Source: Macrostomum lignano (taxonomy: Eukaryota). Taken from it: a DNA stretch of 64,000 nucleotides. The DNA is taken from positions 186,001 through 250,000 of the forward strand of contig NIVC01000085.1 of NCBI GenBank assembly GCA_002269645.1, read 5' to 3'. This document shows positions 1 to 12,104 of this stretch, piece by piece. Position 1 is the first letter of the stretch; each line of letters starts with the position of its first letter. The translations under genes and the position numbers were made by a program. Under the pieces are notes generated by a model. That model did not search any database and was not told where the DNA came from. It saw nothing but the letters and a program-made list of their open reading frames with translations.

Positions 1-1
1 T

Positions 2-283
2 CACTGCCGTCAATGGCTGCAGAACGGCTTACCAACTTTGGTGCCCTGGTATTCCAGTTCGGCCTCGTGGAATGTCAAAGACTCATCGCGTCGTAATAGC
101 CATAGACTGCCTTCTGCCGACGCTGCGTCCGTAACTACAAAAGTTGAAAATGAAATCTCGGATCATTCGCAACTAATTGCCAGTGCATCCGAGCTGCTTG
201 TAGGATCTGTTGTTAAAGAAGAGCCGCAAGTTGTCGATACGATGTCTTTATTATCCGACTATAGCGATGGAGCTCAAGTATGA
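2..283 (+). CDS. Possible 3' end of an upstream gene (open from the window edge), product unknown
   Basis: Frame open from base 2 to TGA at 283 (HCRQWLQNGLPTLVPW...VKEEPQ...GAQV). Protein-like composition, no recognisable domain. Confidence 0.3.
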   Translation, partial: HCRQWLQNGLPTLVPWYSSSASWNVKDSSRRNSHRLPSADAASVTTKVENEISDHSQLIASASELLVGSVVKEEPQVVDTMSLLSDYSDGAQV

Positions 284-627
284 GTTTTCTGTACTTAACT
301 TAGTCGATTGTTTTCAATATGTGGACATTGATAATGAAAGTTTCACACAGATGTCTATACGCCCAATCTTAAAGTTACAATAAAGGACATTGACACCTAT
401 TGTTGCTGTTGTTGTGGAAAAATTAGCTTAAGCTTACTCAGCTCTAATCGGTCATTAAACAGAATCGCACAATAACCTCATGTATTTTTTCTTATCCTCT
501 TTATAACGATGGTGCATGGTCTGGGGTGAATTTCCTGTGTGTCTGTATGAATTGTCTTAGGAAGTTATACTCAAAAAGTGATTTGGTTATAATCTAATCT
601 TAAAAAAAACTAAAGTTAACAGAATAA

Positions 628-1338
628 CAACAAACAAACACGAGTAGAGACACGCGGACAAACACGAGAAGAGACAAGCAAACAAACATGAGAAGAGACA
701 GGCAGACAGACATGAGAAGAGACAGGCAGACAAACACGAGAAGAGACAGGCAGACAAACACGAAAACAGACAGGCAGACAAACACGAGAAGAGACAAGCA
801 AACAAACATGAGAAGAGACAGGCAGACAGACATGAGAAGAGACAGGCAGACAAACACGAAAACAGACAGGCAGACAAACACGAGAAGAGACAAGCAGACA
901 GACATGAGAAGAGACAGGCAGACAAACACGAGAAGAGACAAGCAGACAGACATGAGAAGAGACAGGCAGACAAACACGAAAACAGACAGGCAGACAAACA
1001 CGAGAAGAGACAAGCAGACAGACATGAGAAGAGACAGGCAGACAAACACGAGAAGAGACAAGCAGACAGACATGAGAAGAGACAGGCAGACAAACACGAA
1101 AACAGACAGGCAGACAAACACGAGAAGAGACAGGCAGACAGACATGAGAAGAGACAGGCAGACAGACAGACATGAGAAGAGACAGGCAGACAAACACGAG
1201 AAAAGGCAGACAAACACGAAAACAGACAGGCAGACAAACACGAGAAGAGACAGGCAGACAAACACGAGAAGAGACAGGCAGACAAACACGAGAAGAGACA
1301 GGTGGAACAATACAGGTAGACAGACAGGCTAGCAGACA
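628..1338. repeat. 24-bp minisatellite (GACAGGCAGACAAACACGAGAAGA and variants)
   Basis: Direct tandem copies, with an AAAACAGAC variant every 96-121 bp. Ends about 55 bp before the DNPEP ATG. Confidence 0.95.
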
Positions 1339-1397
1339 AACAGCGTAATTGTTAGATAGGCTCGTATTCTAAAAAAATGAGGTCATAAAAATTCCAG

Positions 1398-1715
1398 ATG
1401 AGCACCAGCTCCGCTCCATCTGTCGCCGCCGCCGCTGCAGCCGCCTGGAAAACGGCGGATCTGTCCCAGCAGCTGTGCGAGTTTGTCAACCGGTCTCCAT
1501 CGCCGTTCCACGCTGTAGCCGAGTCCCGGCGAATGCTCGAAGCCGCCGGGTTCGCCCAACTGCGGGAGGATCAATCCTGGTCTCTGCGGCCGAATCAGAA
1601 AGGCTTTGTTACTCGCAATGGGTCAACTATTTTTGCTTTCGCTACTGGCGGAAAATGGAAGCCGGGCAATGGCTTCAGCATTGTGGGGGCGCACACCGAC
1701 TCGCCGTGTCTGAGG
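1398..1715 (+). CDS. DNPEP: Aspartyl aminopeptidase (M18 family), exon 1 of 3
   Basis: [12 protein letters not shown] and [10 protein letters not shown] (first metal-ligand His). Donor AGG|GTGAG at 1716, phase 0, 106 codons. Confidence 0.95.
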
Positions 1716-2143
1716 GTGAGAGGAGGGTGGGACGTGGGAGGAGGGTATGGAAAGGAGGGTGAGGAGAGGGTAGGGAAAGGAGGGTGAGGAGAGGGTGGGG
1801 AAAGGAGGGTATGGAAAGGAGGGTGAGGAGAGGGTTGGGGAGGAGGGTGGGGAAATGAGGGTGAGAAGAGGGGGGTAAGGAGAGGGTGGGGAGAGGAGGG
1901 TGAGAGGAAGGTGGGGAAAGGTGGGTGAGAGGAGGGTAGGGAGAGGAGGGTGGGAGGAAGGTGGGTGAGAAGAGGAAGGTGGTGAAAGAAGGGTGAGAGG
2001 AGGGTGGGGAAAGAAGGGTGAAAGGAGGGTAAGAGGAGGGTAGAGAAAGGAGGGTGAGGGGAAAGGTGCGTGAGAGGAGGGTGGGGAAAAGAGGGTGAGG
2101 AGAGGGGGGTAAGGAGGGTGAGGAGAGGGTGGGGAAAGGAGGG
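1716..2143. repeat. G/A-rich degenerate minisatellite (AGGGTGAGGAGAGGG-like) filling DNPEP intron 1
   Basis: Starts at the donor GT itself and contains many AGG-GTGAG copies. Confidence 0.9.
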
Positions 2144-2309
2144 TTAAACTAAATTTTTAGTTTACGATCACAACCTCGTAACCTAGCCGTAAAATGATCA
2201 TTTTTGATATAAAAAGCTGTAATCCACTTATCCTTCCCCAACATCTTACTTATAAGTAGTAGCGTTTGATGGTTTATATTGATGTTTATTCATCGTTTTC
2301 AAAACCCAG

Positions 2310-2513
2310 CTAAAGCCCGTGAGTCTACGCGAGAGCGCCGGCGAACTGCTACAGTGCGGAGTTGAAACCTACGGCGGCGGGCTGTGGTATTCCTGGTTTG
2401 ACAGGGACCTCACTGTGGCTGGCCGGGTCATTGTGCGCAGCGGCAGCGGCGGTAGCAGCGACTCCTCTCGGCTGACTGAGCGGCTGGTCAATTTGGAGGC
2501 GCCCGTGTTTAAG
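2310..2513 (+). CDS. DNPEP: Aspartyl aminopeptidase, exon 2 of 3
   Basis: Acceptor CCCAG|CTA. Contains GVETYGGGLWYSWFDRDLTVAGRV. Donor AAG|GTTTGT at 2514, phase 0, 68 codons. Confidence 0.93.
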
Positions 2514-3588
2514 GTTTGTGTCTATGGGAAAGATTCGTAGTGTCATTTGTGTCTATGGGTGGGGTTTGTGGGTCATTTGTGTCTATTGGTGGGGTTTGTG
2601 GGTCATTTGTGTCTATGGGTGGGGTTTTTGGGTCATTTGTGTCTATTGTTGGGGTTTGTGGGTCATTTGTGTCTATTGTTGGGGTTTGTGGGTCATTTGT
2701 GTCTGTGTGGGGTTTTTCGGTCATTTGTGTCTATTAGTGGGGTTTGTGGGTCATTTGTGTCTGTGTGGGGTTTTTCGGTCATTTGTGTCTGTTGGTGGGG
2801 TTTGTGGGTCATTTGTGTCTATTGGTGGGGTTTGTGGGTCATTTGTGTCTGTGTGGGGTTTTTCGGTCATTTGTGTCTATGGGTGGGTTGTGTGGGTCAT
2901 TTGTATCTATGGGTGAGTTGTGTGGGTCATTTGTATCTATGGGTGAGTTGTGTGGGTCATTTGTGTCTATGGGTGAGTTGTGTGGGTCATTTGTATCTAT
3001 GGGTGAGTTGTGTGGGTCATTTGTGTCTATGGGTGAGTTGTGTGGGTCATTTGTATCTATGGGTGAGTTGTGTGGGTCATTTGTGTCTATGGGTGAGTTG
3101 TGTGGGTCATTTGTGTCTATGGGTGAGTTGTGTGGGTCATTTGTATCTATGGGTGAGTTGTGTGGGTCATTTGTGTCTTTGGGTGAGTTGTGTGGGTCCT
3201 TTGTGTCTATGGGTGAGTTGTGTGGGTCATTTGTGTCTATGGGTGAGTTGTGTGGGTCCTTTGTGTCTATGGGTGAGTTGTGTGGGTCCTTTGTGTCTAT
3301 GGGTGAGTTGTGTGGGTCCTTTGTGTCTATGGGTGAGTTGTGTGGGTCCTTTGTGTCTATGGGTGAGTTGTGTGGGTCATTCGTGTGTATGGGTGAGTTG
3401 TGTGGGTCATTTGTGTCTTTGGGTGAGTTGTGTGGGTCATTTGTGTCTTTGGGTGGGGTTTGTGGGTCTTAAATTGTGTCTATGGGTGAGTTGTGTGGGT
3501 CATTTGTGTCTTTGGGTGAGTTGTGTGGGTCATTTGTGTCTTTGGGTGGGGTTTGTGGGTCTTAAATTGTGTCTATGGGTGAGGTTTG
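2514..3588. repeat. 30-bp minisatellite (GGGTCATTTGTGTCTATGGGTGAGTTGTGT) in DNPEP intron 2
   Basis: Tandem copies from the donor onward; two unit subtypes arranged in blocks. Confidence 0.95.
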
Positions 3589-3739
3589 TAAGCCTTATGG
3601 TCCGTTTTTTTGTCTTTCACGTAGAATTTTAGATGCATTTTTATGTCTCTAGATTCATTTACATCTCTATAGGTGTGTTTACAGTTTTCCCTAGTCGTTT
3701 TCTGTAGATGTGCTTTCAGTTTCTTTAGTTAGATTATTT

Positions 3740-3843
3740 TGAATCTTTTGGCGAAAACGCGATTAAAATCGGTGAAGAATTGCGAGCTCTAGAGCGTTAT
3801 GGACATTCAAACATACAAACCTTAGAGATTTAGTATATTTAGA
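3740..3843 (-). mobile_element. Possible non-autonomous Helitron-like 5' end
   Basis: Minus strand reads TCTAAATATACTAAA...GTTTGTATGTTTG...ACGCTC...CCGATTTT. This resembles the TC start, short GTTT/GTCT microsatellite and CCGATTT layout of short Helitron-derived elements (pattern recognition only). Confidence 0.4.
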
Positions 3844-3848
3844 TGGAC

Positions 3849-4143
3849 TTGCAGTGTCTGTAGATGCGTTGGCAGTGTCTGTAGATGTTCTTGCAGTGTC
3901 TTTCGATGCGTTGGCAGTGTCTATAGATGTTCTTGCAGTGTCTATAGATGTTCTTGCAGTGTCTATAGATGTTCTTGCAGTGTCTATAGATGCGTTGGCA
4001 GTGTCTATAGATGTGCTGGCAGTGTCTGTAGATGTGCTGGCAGTGTCTGTAGATGTGCTGGCAGTGTCTGTAAATGTGCTGGCAGTGTCTGTAGATGTGC
4101 TGGCAGTGTCTGTAGATGTGCTGGCAATGTCTATAGATGTTCT
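3849..4143. repeat. 21-bp minisatellite (GCAGTGTCTATAGATGTTCTT) in DNPEP intron 2
   Basis: About 14 tandem copies, ending about 70 bp before the exon 3 acceptor. Confidence 0.95.
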
Positions 4144-4212
4144 CGCCTGTCTGTGCTCAAAGTGCCCGAGTACTCAGCATGCCGTACACAGCCGCATTTT
4201 CGCCCACCCCAG

Positions 4213-5133
4213 GTGCCCAGCCTGGCCATCCACCTGAACCGCACAGTGAATGACGAAGGCTTTGCCCCTAACAAAGAGAATCACCTGGCGCCAATTCTGT
4301 GCCGGAAGTTGGCCGCCGAAGCGTCGGGCGCCGGAACCGGAAGCGACACCTCGGCGCCGCCTCAGCGCCATCCAGTCGGCCTGTTGGCTCGCGTCGCCGA
4401 AAAACTGGGCTGTCAGCCTGCCGACATCCTAGACTGGGATTTGTACCTGGCCGACACCCAACCGGCCGCTGTGACCGGTCTGAATGGTGATTTTGTCTCA
4501 TCGCCAAGGCTGGACAATCTGCTCAGCTGCTACTCGGCACTCACCGCACTGATTGAAGCTCCCGGACTCGAATCCGACCCGAACTGCCGAGTTGTGTGCC
4601 TGTACGATCACGAGGAGATCGGCAGCGAGTCGGCGCAGGGCGCCGGCAGCGCGCTCACCTTGCACTTTCTCAGACGGCTGAGCCAGGGTGGCGAGTTTGA
4701 AACTGCCGTGCCAAAGTCGCTGCTGGTCTCAGCCGATGTTGCTCACGCTGTGCATCCCAACTATGAGGAGAAGCACGAGCGGAAGCACCGGCCCAGCCTA
4801 TTTGGCGGTGTTGTGATCAAGGAGAATGCTAACCAGCGCTACGCCACCAACTGTTTGACCTCCTCGTTGCTGCGGGAATGCCTGCGACTGTCTGACCCGG
4901 CTGCTCAGCTGCAGGACTTTGTCATCCGGCAGGACATGGCCTGCGGCTCCACCATCGGACCGATTCTAGCCGCTAAAGTTGGCCTGCCAACTATTGATGT
5001 TGGTTCGCCAATATTTGGCATGCACAGCATCCGGGAGACTGGAGCGGCTGCTGCCCCTGGCCAGGGTGTGCAACTGTTCTCCGCCTTTTTCAAGCACTTC
5101 CCAGCTCTGCGGGAGGCTATGGAGACTCAGTGA
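4213..5133 (+). CDS. DNPEP: Aspartyl aminopeptidase, exon 3 of 3 (total protein 480 aa)
   Basis: Acceptor CCCAG|GTG. Motifs LAIHL, RLDNL, DHEEIGS, SADVAHAVHPNY, CGSTIGPI and MHSIRE complete the M18 metal ligands. Stop TGA at 5133. Confidence 0.96.
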   Translation: MPSLAIHLNRTVNDEGFAPNKENHLAPILCRKLAAEASGAGTGSDTSAPPQRHPVGLLARVAEKLGCQPADILDWDLYLADTQPAAVTGLNGDFVSSPRLDNLLSCYSALTALIEAPGLESDPNCRVVCLYDHEEIGSESAQGAGSALTLHFLRRLSQGGEFETAVPKSLLVSADVAHAVHPNYEEKHERKHRPSLFGGVVIKENANQRYATNCLTSSLLRECLRLSDPAAQLQDFVIRQDMACGSTIGPILAAKVGLPTIDVGSPIFGMHSIRETGAAAAPGQGVQLFSAFFKHFPALREAMETQ

Positions 5134-5180
5134 AGGTTGCGTTGCAACCTTCAGTTTGCATCACCAGATGCAAACTGAAA

Positions 5181-5186
5181 ATTAAA
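5181..5186 (+). terminator. Candidate polyadenylation signal (ATTAAA) for DNPEP
   Basis: ATTAAA 48 nt after the stop, followed by T-rich sequence. Confidence 0.3.
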
Positions 5187-6835
5187 CTTGCGAATCATTT
5201 AATTATAATTGATTAGTAATACTACTAGTATAGTACTATATAGGGCTTGGCAAACTATTTTATCTGGCTCATGGCTACAAGTTAGATGAGAGCTAAGAAA
5301 GTAGTGGGCCGTGAGTTTGCCAACCTCCGGCCTATTTCAAATAGCTTTTGACCATAGACTAAACTTACAAGACACGGTCAACCATATTCAACTCATCGTA
5401 CTTGGACGATTGTCTATGGCCAAAACCGTGTATTAAGAGAGCGTCAATGAATTCAGATTTTGTATCTTGTGAGGATCTGTTTTTTTCAACCATAGGCGGT
5501 GTTTTGACCATAGACAAAAGTAGAAGCATCGGTTGAATAAAATGAAAATTGCTACCGGTTGCTATAATATAATGTTAATCAAGTGAGTTGTTCTCTTGTG
5601 TTAATTGTTTCACAATTGATTTGAAATATCAATAATAATAAAAACGATGTTTGATTCACAATTTTTCTCTTGTTCTGTCTGTTGAGCAACTTTTCAAAAT
5701 GGTTTCGATTTGTTATTCTTACGGAAAACGACGAATAAAGAAATTAAAACTGCTTTGTTTGCTTATAGAAATTGTTGATTTTTTGCTATAAAAATCTTTA
5801 CTTTCTACTTGCACTAGTAGGCTATTGCATGCTAGTAGAAATTTTATGCCAGTTTAAGAGAATCACTTCTCCAAGTAAAATCAGATTAAGGGATTAACCG
5901 TTTAGGCTTTCGGCTGCTAATTGCCAGGCGTCCTGTCCCTGGCCTATTGAATTATGATTTCGGCAATTCGAGGTTGGTTCGATATTTTTACTGCGCTAAA
6001 ACCCTGGAGTAGCAGTGGAGGTCATCTCGTCGACCTTTCTATTGACGCAATCAGCTTAAACTGATTACTGCGTTAAGCATGCTGTGCGCACGGCTGGTTA
6101 AGTGGCTAATTTTCGACAGTTTTTTAAAAGCAGAAATTGTTTTTTGCTGCAGCTTTGAGGTCAGGTCAGTTTTGTTTAGGTCATTGGGTCGTAAAACTAA
6201 TGAGTCGAGCTGTGTCGGACATCCATACAGAGGATCTAAAATTGATATGAATTCTAATTATCTAAACTAAAAGCTCTATGAATATCAATAGAGCTATAAG
6301 AAAGGCTTCTAGAAAGCTATAAGAACCCTTCTACATGTAGATCTCTGATTAATGTAGAACAATTCAGTAAAAGATCGGAATTAATTACTAGTTACTACGA
6401 TCGTATACTTGCTTGGCTTTTCGCGTCTGTCTATGTCTATGGGCAAGACCGAAAATCTACTGGCACTTTCAAATGAATTCTTAAATTCATTTGAAAATTC
6501 ATTTAAATTCCCGCTGGGCACTTATTCTTGCCTTTTAATGCCATAGACAGGTAATGCCACTGCAGGCAGGTACACTTAAGTCATTATTGTCGCTAGGTGT
6601 AATTCCATTTAAATGCACATTAGTAGTGCATGCTAAATTTCAAGTAGGATTATCATCACTGCCCTAGATGCTATCATTGATTTTTTTTGACCTCCTAAAA
6701 CATTACACGATCTTTGAGTTTTACGTCCTGTTATACTATACAGAGGTCCTTGGTCCTAGGGGCGTCACCACGAGGGGACAGGGAAATGTGGAAATCAATA
6801 AATTTTCTTCAGGGCGTCAAAAAAATAGCGCCTGT

Positions 6836-6960
6836 GGCGCCAAAATGAGTGCCCGCGGCGCTAAAATGAGTGCCTGCGGCGCTAAAATGGTTCCTGCGGC
6901 GCCAAAATGAGTGCTTGTGAGGCTAAAATGAGTGCCTTGAGGCGCTTAAATGAGTGCCTG
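6836..6960. repeat. About 21-bp short tandem array (GGCGCCAAAATGAGTGCCYGC), 6 units
   Basis: Direct inspection. Confidence 0.85.
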
Positions 6961-7084
6961 TATGGATAGCCAAAATAGGCAGCTGACAACACCCGATTCT
7001 CAAAATAAGGGACATGTAGAATTTAGTCATGTAATTGTACATGTACATGTAGAATTCTTGGCTTTGTCCCCCCCCACCAAAAAA

Positions 7085-7290
7085 CCCATGGCGACGCTCC
7101 TTGCTTGGTTCACAGATCTCAAGTTGCTTTGTCGAGCGTAGCCAAGCTTCCAGTTTTTCCTAATTGAATTTTTATCAAACGCATTCAACTTATTAAAGAC
7201 ATCTACTCGAAGCTGATTCAAGTTTGATCACTGTTTGGAAGACGCCATCATTTTGAGAGAGCGATTACGCGCGGGAGTCAGTCAATCCAT
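7085..7290 (+). mobile_element. Possible decayed Ty3/Gypsy gag fragment
   Basis: LAWFTDLKLLCRA followed, after an interruption, by FKFDHCLEDAIILRERLRAGV. Resembles the Gypsy gag motif F.TDL+.LA..C.F....+LRDR+V.G+. Confidence 0.3.
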
Positions 7291-8044
7291 GCTCTCTCTC
7301 TCTCTCTCTCTCTCTCAAGCCTGTCTGTCCACTTGTGTCCCACCAATACTCCACCCCACCCCCTTGTTGCTCTCCTTGTAGCAGCAATTGAATTTGCTTC
7401 CACAAGCTCTGCGCGTTTCTGTCGATCAGGCAGAGCACTCTCCGCGCCGCTTCAGTTGACTTTGGTCGAAGAAGAAAAGTCTGAATGAAGCTTTGCTGCT
7501 TTTTCTGCTTCTATACAAGTTCTCTCTCTCTCTCTCTCGCTCTGAGAAGCTGAAATTATTGCAACGCCTCCTCCTCATTGCTGCCAAAATGGCTGCTCCA
7601 GTATGCAGAGAAATTGGAGACTGAATAGGGTGGTCCTTCTCTGCCGGACAAGTGAGGGAACAGAGGCTAGTGAGGCTGCGGTCCTCTCAGCTCCTCTCTC
7701 TTATAAGGCCCGCCTGCTTTGAGAGTGACTCGTAGTAGCCATCATGCACTCGCAGCAATTGATCGAGTGAGGCGCTTTTTCAAAGAGTTCAATTTTAATC
7801 TGAGAGAAAGCTGCTGACTTTTACATGTATACATGTAGTTTGTATTCGCGTGTATTATAGGCAGTCAGATCAGGGCCGCTGTACACGAAGTGCACCCTGT
7901 GTGAGCGTGTGTATGAATTTTGAGTTCAGTGGGCATGTCGGAACTGCATGAGCACATGCAAGTACTCTTAGATCCAAATCCAACTATATTGATGCTGTTT
8001 TGTAAAAACTTTCAACAAAGAGCGAATAGCTCGAAGTTAGTAAT

Positions 8045-8935
8045 GAGAATTGCCCTAATTTCTGACTTCCTATGATAAGAATCGCCCTTCCTTAATTCCC
8101 TAGCAAGAATCGTTCTTCCTAATTTCATAATAAGAATCGTTCTTCCTAATTTCATAATAAGAATCGCCCTTCCTTAATTCCCTAGCAAGAATCGCCCTTC
8201 CTAATTTTATAATAAGAATCGCCCTTCCTTAATTCCCTAATAAGAATCGCCCTTCCTAATTTCATAATAAGAATCGCCCTTCCTTAATTTCATAACAAGA
8301 ATCGCCCTTCCTAATTTCATAATAAGAATCGCCCTTTCTAATTCTCTAATAAGAATCGCTCTTCCTTAACTCCCTAATAAGAATATCACGCTTCCTTAAT
8401 CTCCTAATGAGAATATCGTCCTTAAATATAATAATTAGGAATCGCCCTTCCTAATTCCCTAGCAAGAATCGTTCTTCCTAATTTCATAATAAGAATCGCC
8501 CTTCCTTAATTCCCTAGTAAGAATCGCCCTTCCTAATTTTATAATAAGAATCGCCCTTCCTTAATTCCCTAATAAGAATCGCCCTTCCTTAATTCCCTAA
8601 TAAGAATCGCCCTTCCTTTATTCCCTTATAAGAATCGCCCTTCCTTTATTCCCTTATAAGAATCGCCCTTCCTTAATTCCCTAATAAGAATCGCCCTTCC
8701 TTTATTCCCTTATAAGAATCGCCCTTCCTTAATTCCCTAATAAGAATCGCCCTTCCTTAATTCCCTAATAAGAATCGCCCTTCCTCTAATTCCCTAGTAA
8801 GAATCGCCCTTCCTTTATTCCCTTATAAGAATCACCCTTCCTTAATTACCTAATAAGAATCGCCCTTCCTCTAATTCCCTAATAAGAATCGAATCGCCCT
8901 TCCTAATCCCTGATGAGAATCACCTTCTTAATTCC
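8045..8935. repeat. 27-28-bp minisatellite (AATAAGAATCGCCCTTCCTTAATTCCCT)
   Basis: About 30 tandem copies. Confidence 0.95.
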
Positions 8936-10261
8936 TTACTTTCAAACCAAAAGTTTCAAGTGAATAAACTTTCTGTATAGATTAGATCTCCCTAATGGGC
9001 CTGCACTTTTGAGATGATGGACTCAGAAAAAACTGGCTACTCTTAATAACGTCCGTTGAAATTCAACGCAAGCGGAACACCTACTCTAGTGTCGGGGGGG
9101 GGGGGGGGTTTCATGGGCTGCTGGCCCAGCTGGGGAAAAAAAGTATTTTTTGCGCGATTTTTTTCAAAATGCAAAAATAACTAAAATTGACAGCTGAGGA
9201 TCAATAAACTCACTCCTAGCCTTTATCCCTCTTCCCAGTACCCCATTGTCTTTCTATACGTCCAACGCGCGCGGATGCCAAAAAAGTCGCCTATGTTACC
9301 TTCTCCCCACGCCCTCAGTTATTGTTCTCAACTCCAATGCAATTGCTGGGAAGGGCGGGAGAGCGAGAGACAGAGACAGAGTGCAGACTATGATGGGACT
9401 TCATTTTTATTCCTGCAAGCTACAGCGCATCATTTCTCTCTTTTACTTTAGGGATCTGTGCATGAATGCGTGAAGCTTGGGATGCTAGTGGATTATGGCA
9501 TCCGACTTAATGACACCTTTTATTAACCAGTTAGAGATTACGGAGCGTATTAGCGGCGAATATAGTTGCTATGCGAGCGAGTAAACACTGCATCTACTTG
9601 CTGGCACCTGGAACCTGGAACCTTCAACATGTCAGATGCTGTAGTGTAGACTAACGACTTCTTGTTGCTAAGTTGTCAAATATCACAATATCGGATCTGT
9701 GTGTTTTTTCCCCATTTAACCACTTCTTTGTCTATAAGATAGGCACGCTTCTATGATTGATGATGCTCTCCAGTAACGTCAGGCTCAAATTTCTTCTAAA
9801 AGAAGATATTGTTGACAAGAGACACGAGAGAGAGAGATTGGGGGGGGGGGGCAGACTCAGGACTTCCGGGGATGTTTTGATGGTTCTTGATTCTTCAACT
9901 TCAAGTCTCATTGTGTTCTCGGTTTTTTTCTTCTCACTGAGAATCGAGACTCAAGAGAGAGTTACGCAATCGCCCCCCCCCAATGGCTGCCCTAGTTGAG
10001 CTGGCTTTGAGCACAGTTAGAGAAGAGGGTAATAGAAAGTTAGCGGTTTTATAACTGGGGATCTTTTTATCGCGATACAATAATTCCCCTCTTCACTTTC
10101 TATCTCTGTGTCCGCTGTCCAATTGCAATTTTATATCGGCAAGGATATTCCCTGTTACAGCGGTTATGAGCCATGAGAATAGGACCAGTGGGCTTATGTA
10201 ACACTTTATGACCCAGTTGTATTGTATTTACTTACTATTTTACTGTCTCTGGCTCCCTCCA

Positions 10262-11310
10262 TTCTCTCTCTGCCTCTCTCCCTGCCTCTCTCCCTTCATC
10301 CCTGTCTCTCTCCCTTCCTCTCTCCCTGCCTCTCTCCCTGCCTCCCTCCCTTCATCCCTGCCCCTCTCCCTTCATCCCTGCCTCTCTCCGTGTCTCTCCC
10401 TTCCTCTCTCCCTGCCTCTCTCCCTGCCTCCCTCCCTTCATCCCTGCCTCTCTCCCTTCATCCCTGCCTCTCTCCGTGTCTCTCCCTTCCTCTCTCCCTG
10501 CCTCTCTCCCTGCCTCCATCCCTTCATCCCTGCCTCTCTCCCTTCATCCCTGCCTCTCTTCCTTCATCCCTGTCTCTCTCCCTTCCTCTCCCTCTGTCTC
10601 TCTCCCTTCATCCCTGTCTCTCTCCCTTCATCCCTGTCTCTCTCCCTTCATCCCTGTCTCTCTCCCTTCATCCCTGTCTCTCTCCCTTCATCCCTGTCTC
10701 TCTCCCTTCATCCCTGCCTCTCTCCCTTCATCCCTGTCTCTCTCCCTTCCTCTCCCTCTGTCTCTCTCCCTTCATCCCTGTCTCTCTCCCTTCATCCCTG
10801 TCTCTCTCCCTTCATCCCTGTCTCTCTCCCTTCATCCCTGTCTCTCTCCCTTCATCCCTGTCTCTCTCCCTTCATCCCTGTCTCTCTCCCTTCATCCCTG
10901 TCTCTCTCCCTTCATCCCTGTCTCTCTCCCTTCATCCCTGTCTCTCTCCCTTCATCCCTGTCTCTCTCCCTTCATCCCTGTCTCTCTCCCTTCATCCCTG
11001 TCTCTCTCCCTTCATCCCTGTCTCTCTCCCTTCATCCCTGTCTCTCTCCCTTCATCCCTGTCTCTCTCCCTTCATCCCTGTCTCTCTCCCTTCATCCCTG
11101 TCTCTCTCCCTTCCTCTCTCTCTGCCTCTCTCCCTGCCTCTCTCCCTTTGTCTCTCCAGCTGCCTCTCTCCCTTTGTCTCTCCAGCTGCCTCTCTCCCTT
11201 TGTCTCTCCAGCTGCCTCTCTCCCTTTGTCTCTCCAGCTGCCTCTCTCCCTTCCTTTCTCCCTGCCTCTCTCCCTGCCTCTCTCTCTTCCTTTCTCTCTC
11301 TCCCTTCTCT
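10262..11310. repeat. 20-bp CT-rich minisatellite (CCTTCATCCCTGTCTCTCTC)
   Basis: Homogeneous core with degenerate flanks. Confidence 0.95.
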
Positions 11311-11699
11311 CTTATAAATAGAAAAAGTATTCGCCGGAGGGCTGTGCGGGCACCCTGCTGGCGCAACGCCTTCAGCGACATGGTCCCGCAACCACAGCGC
11401 AATTCTGCCCAATCCGCGGACTCCTGACCACATGCAAGCTCTCCAAAACTGTACACAGGCACGCAGTCATACACACGCTCACGCAGGGTGCACAGCGGGC
11501 CTCTGACTTTCTAATCGTCAGGCAATGTACACTCTCTGTGTCTTGGGCGTTGATCTTTCTAATTCCCTGTTCTCCGTCTTTGATAGTTATCATAAAATCA
11601 CATTTGAATCAATATTCTTCCTCATTCGACGTCGCACTTTTTGCCAGCCGGAAACTTTTCTGTCCCTCGTGGGGTGGGCATGAAAACTCGCGCATTAAG

Positions 11700-11900
11700 C
11701 ATAATAATTGCTGAGCCAATAGCGCCGCACTCTTACCCTACAAGCATGCAGCCGCGGATTCTTGGCTTCCAACTCTGCTTCTGCAAGACGGATCTCGAAG
11801 CCCAGCAGCAATCGCCTGGGTCAGGGGATTCAATCAAGATCGCCCGCCACGATAACAACGTCTTGGCTGCCGCGTGGCGCCTGTGTTTTGAGCTTTAGAA
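11700..11900 (-). mobile_element. Possible decayed LINE APE-type endonuclease fragment
   Basis: Minus strand reads QDVVIVAGDLD followed by stops, resembling the EEP motif IIVAGDFN. Confidence 0.3.
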
Positions 11901-12104
11901 ATAATGAGTTTTGGGGAGACCCGATTCTCCCGGAAGCTTTCTAGCTGCAGATGCAGATCTGAGTGTCGTTTATTTTATCCCACAGCTCCCCGCAGATACT
12001 TCGGTCCCCAACAAGTCTTCTGGCTCGAATATTTGGTTAGCATTGAAGCTAAACTGTTGTAGCTAAATATTGGCCTGATATATGATACTCAGTCTATAGA
12101 TCCC

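Noticed and set aside
2-60. THAP-domain C-terminal motif (LQNGLPTL resembling AVPTLF)
   Set aside because: Too short and truncated by the window edge to support a domain call.
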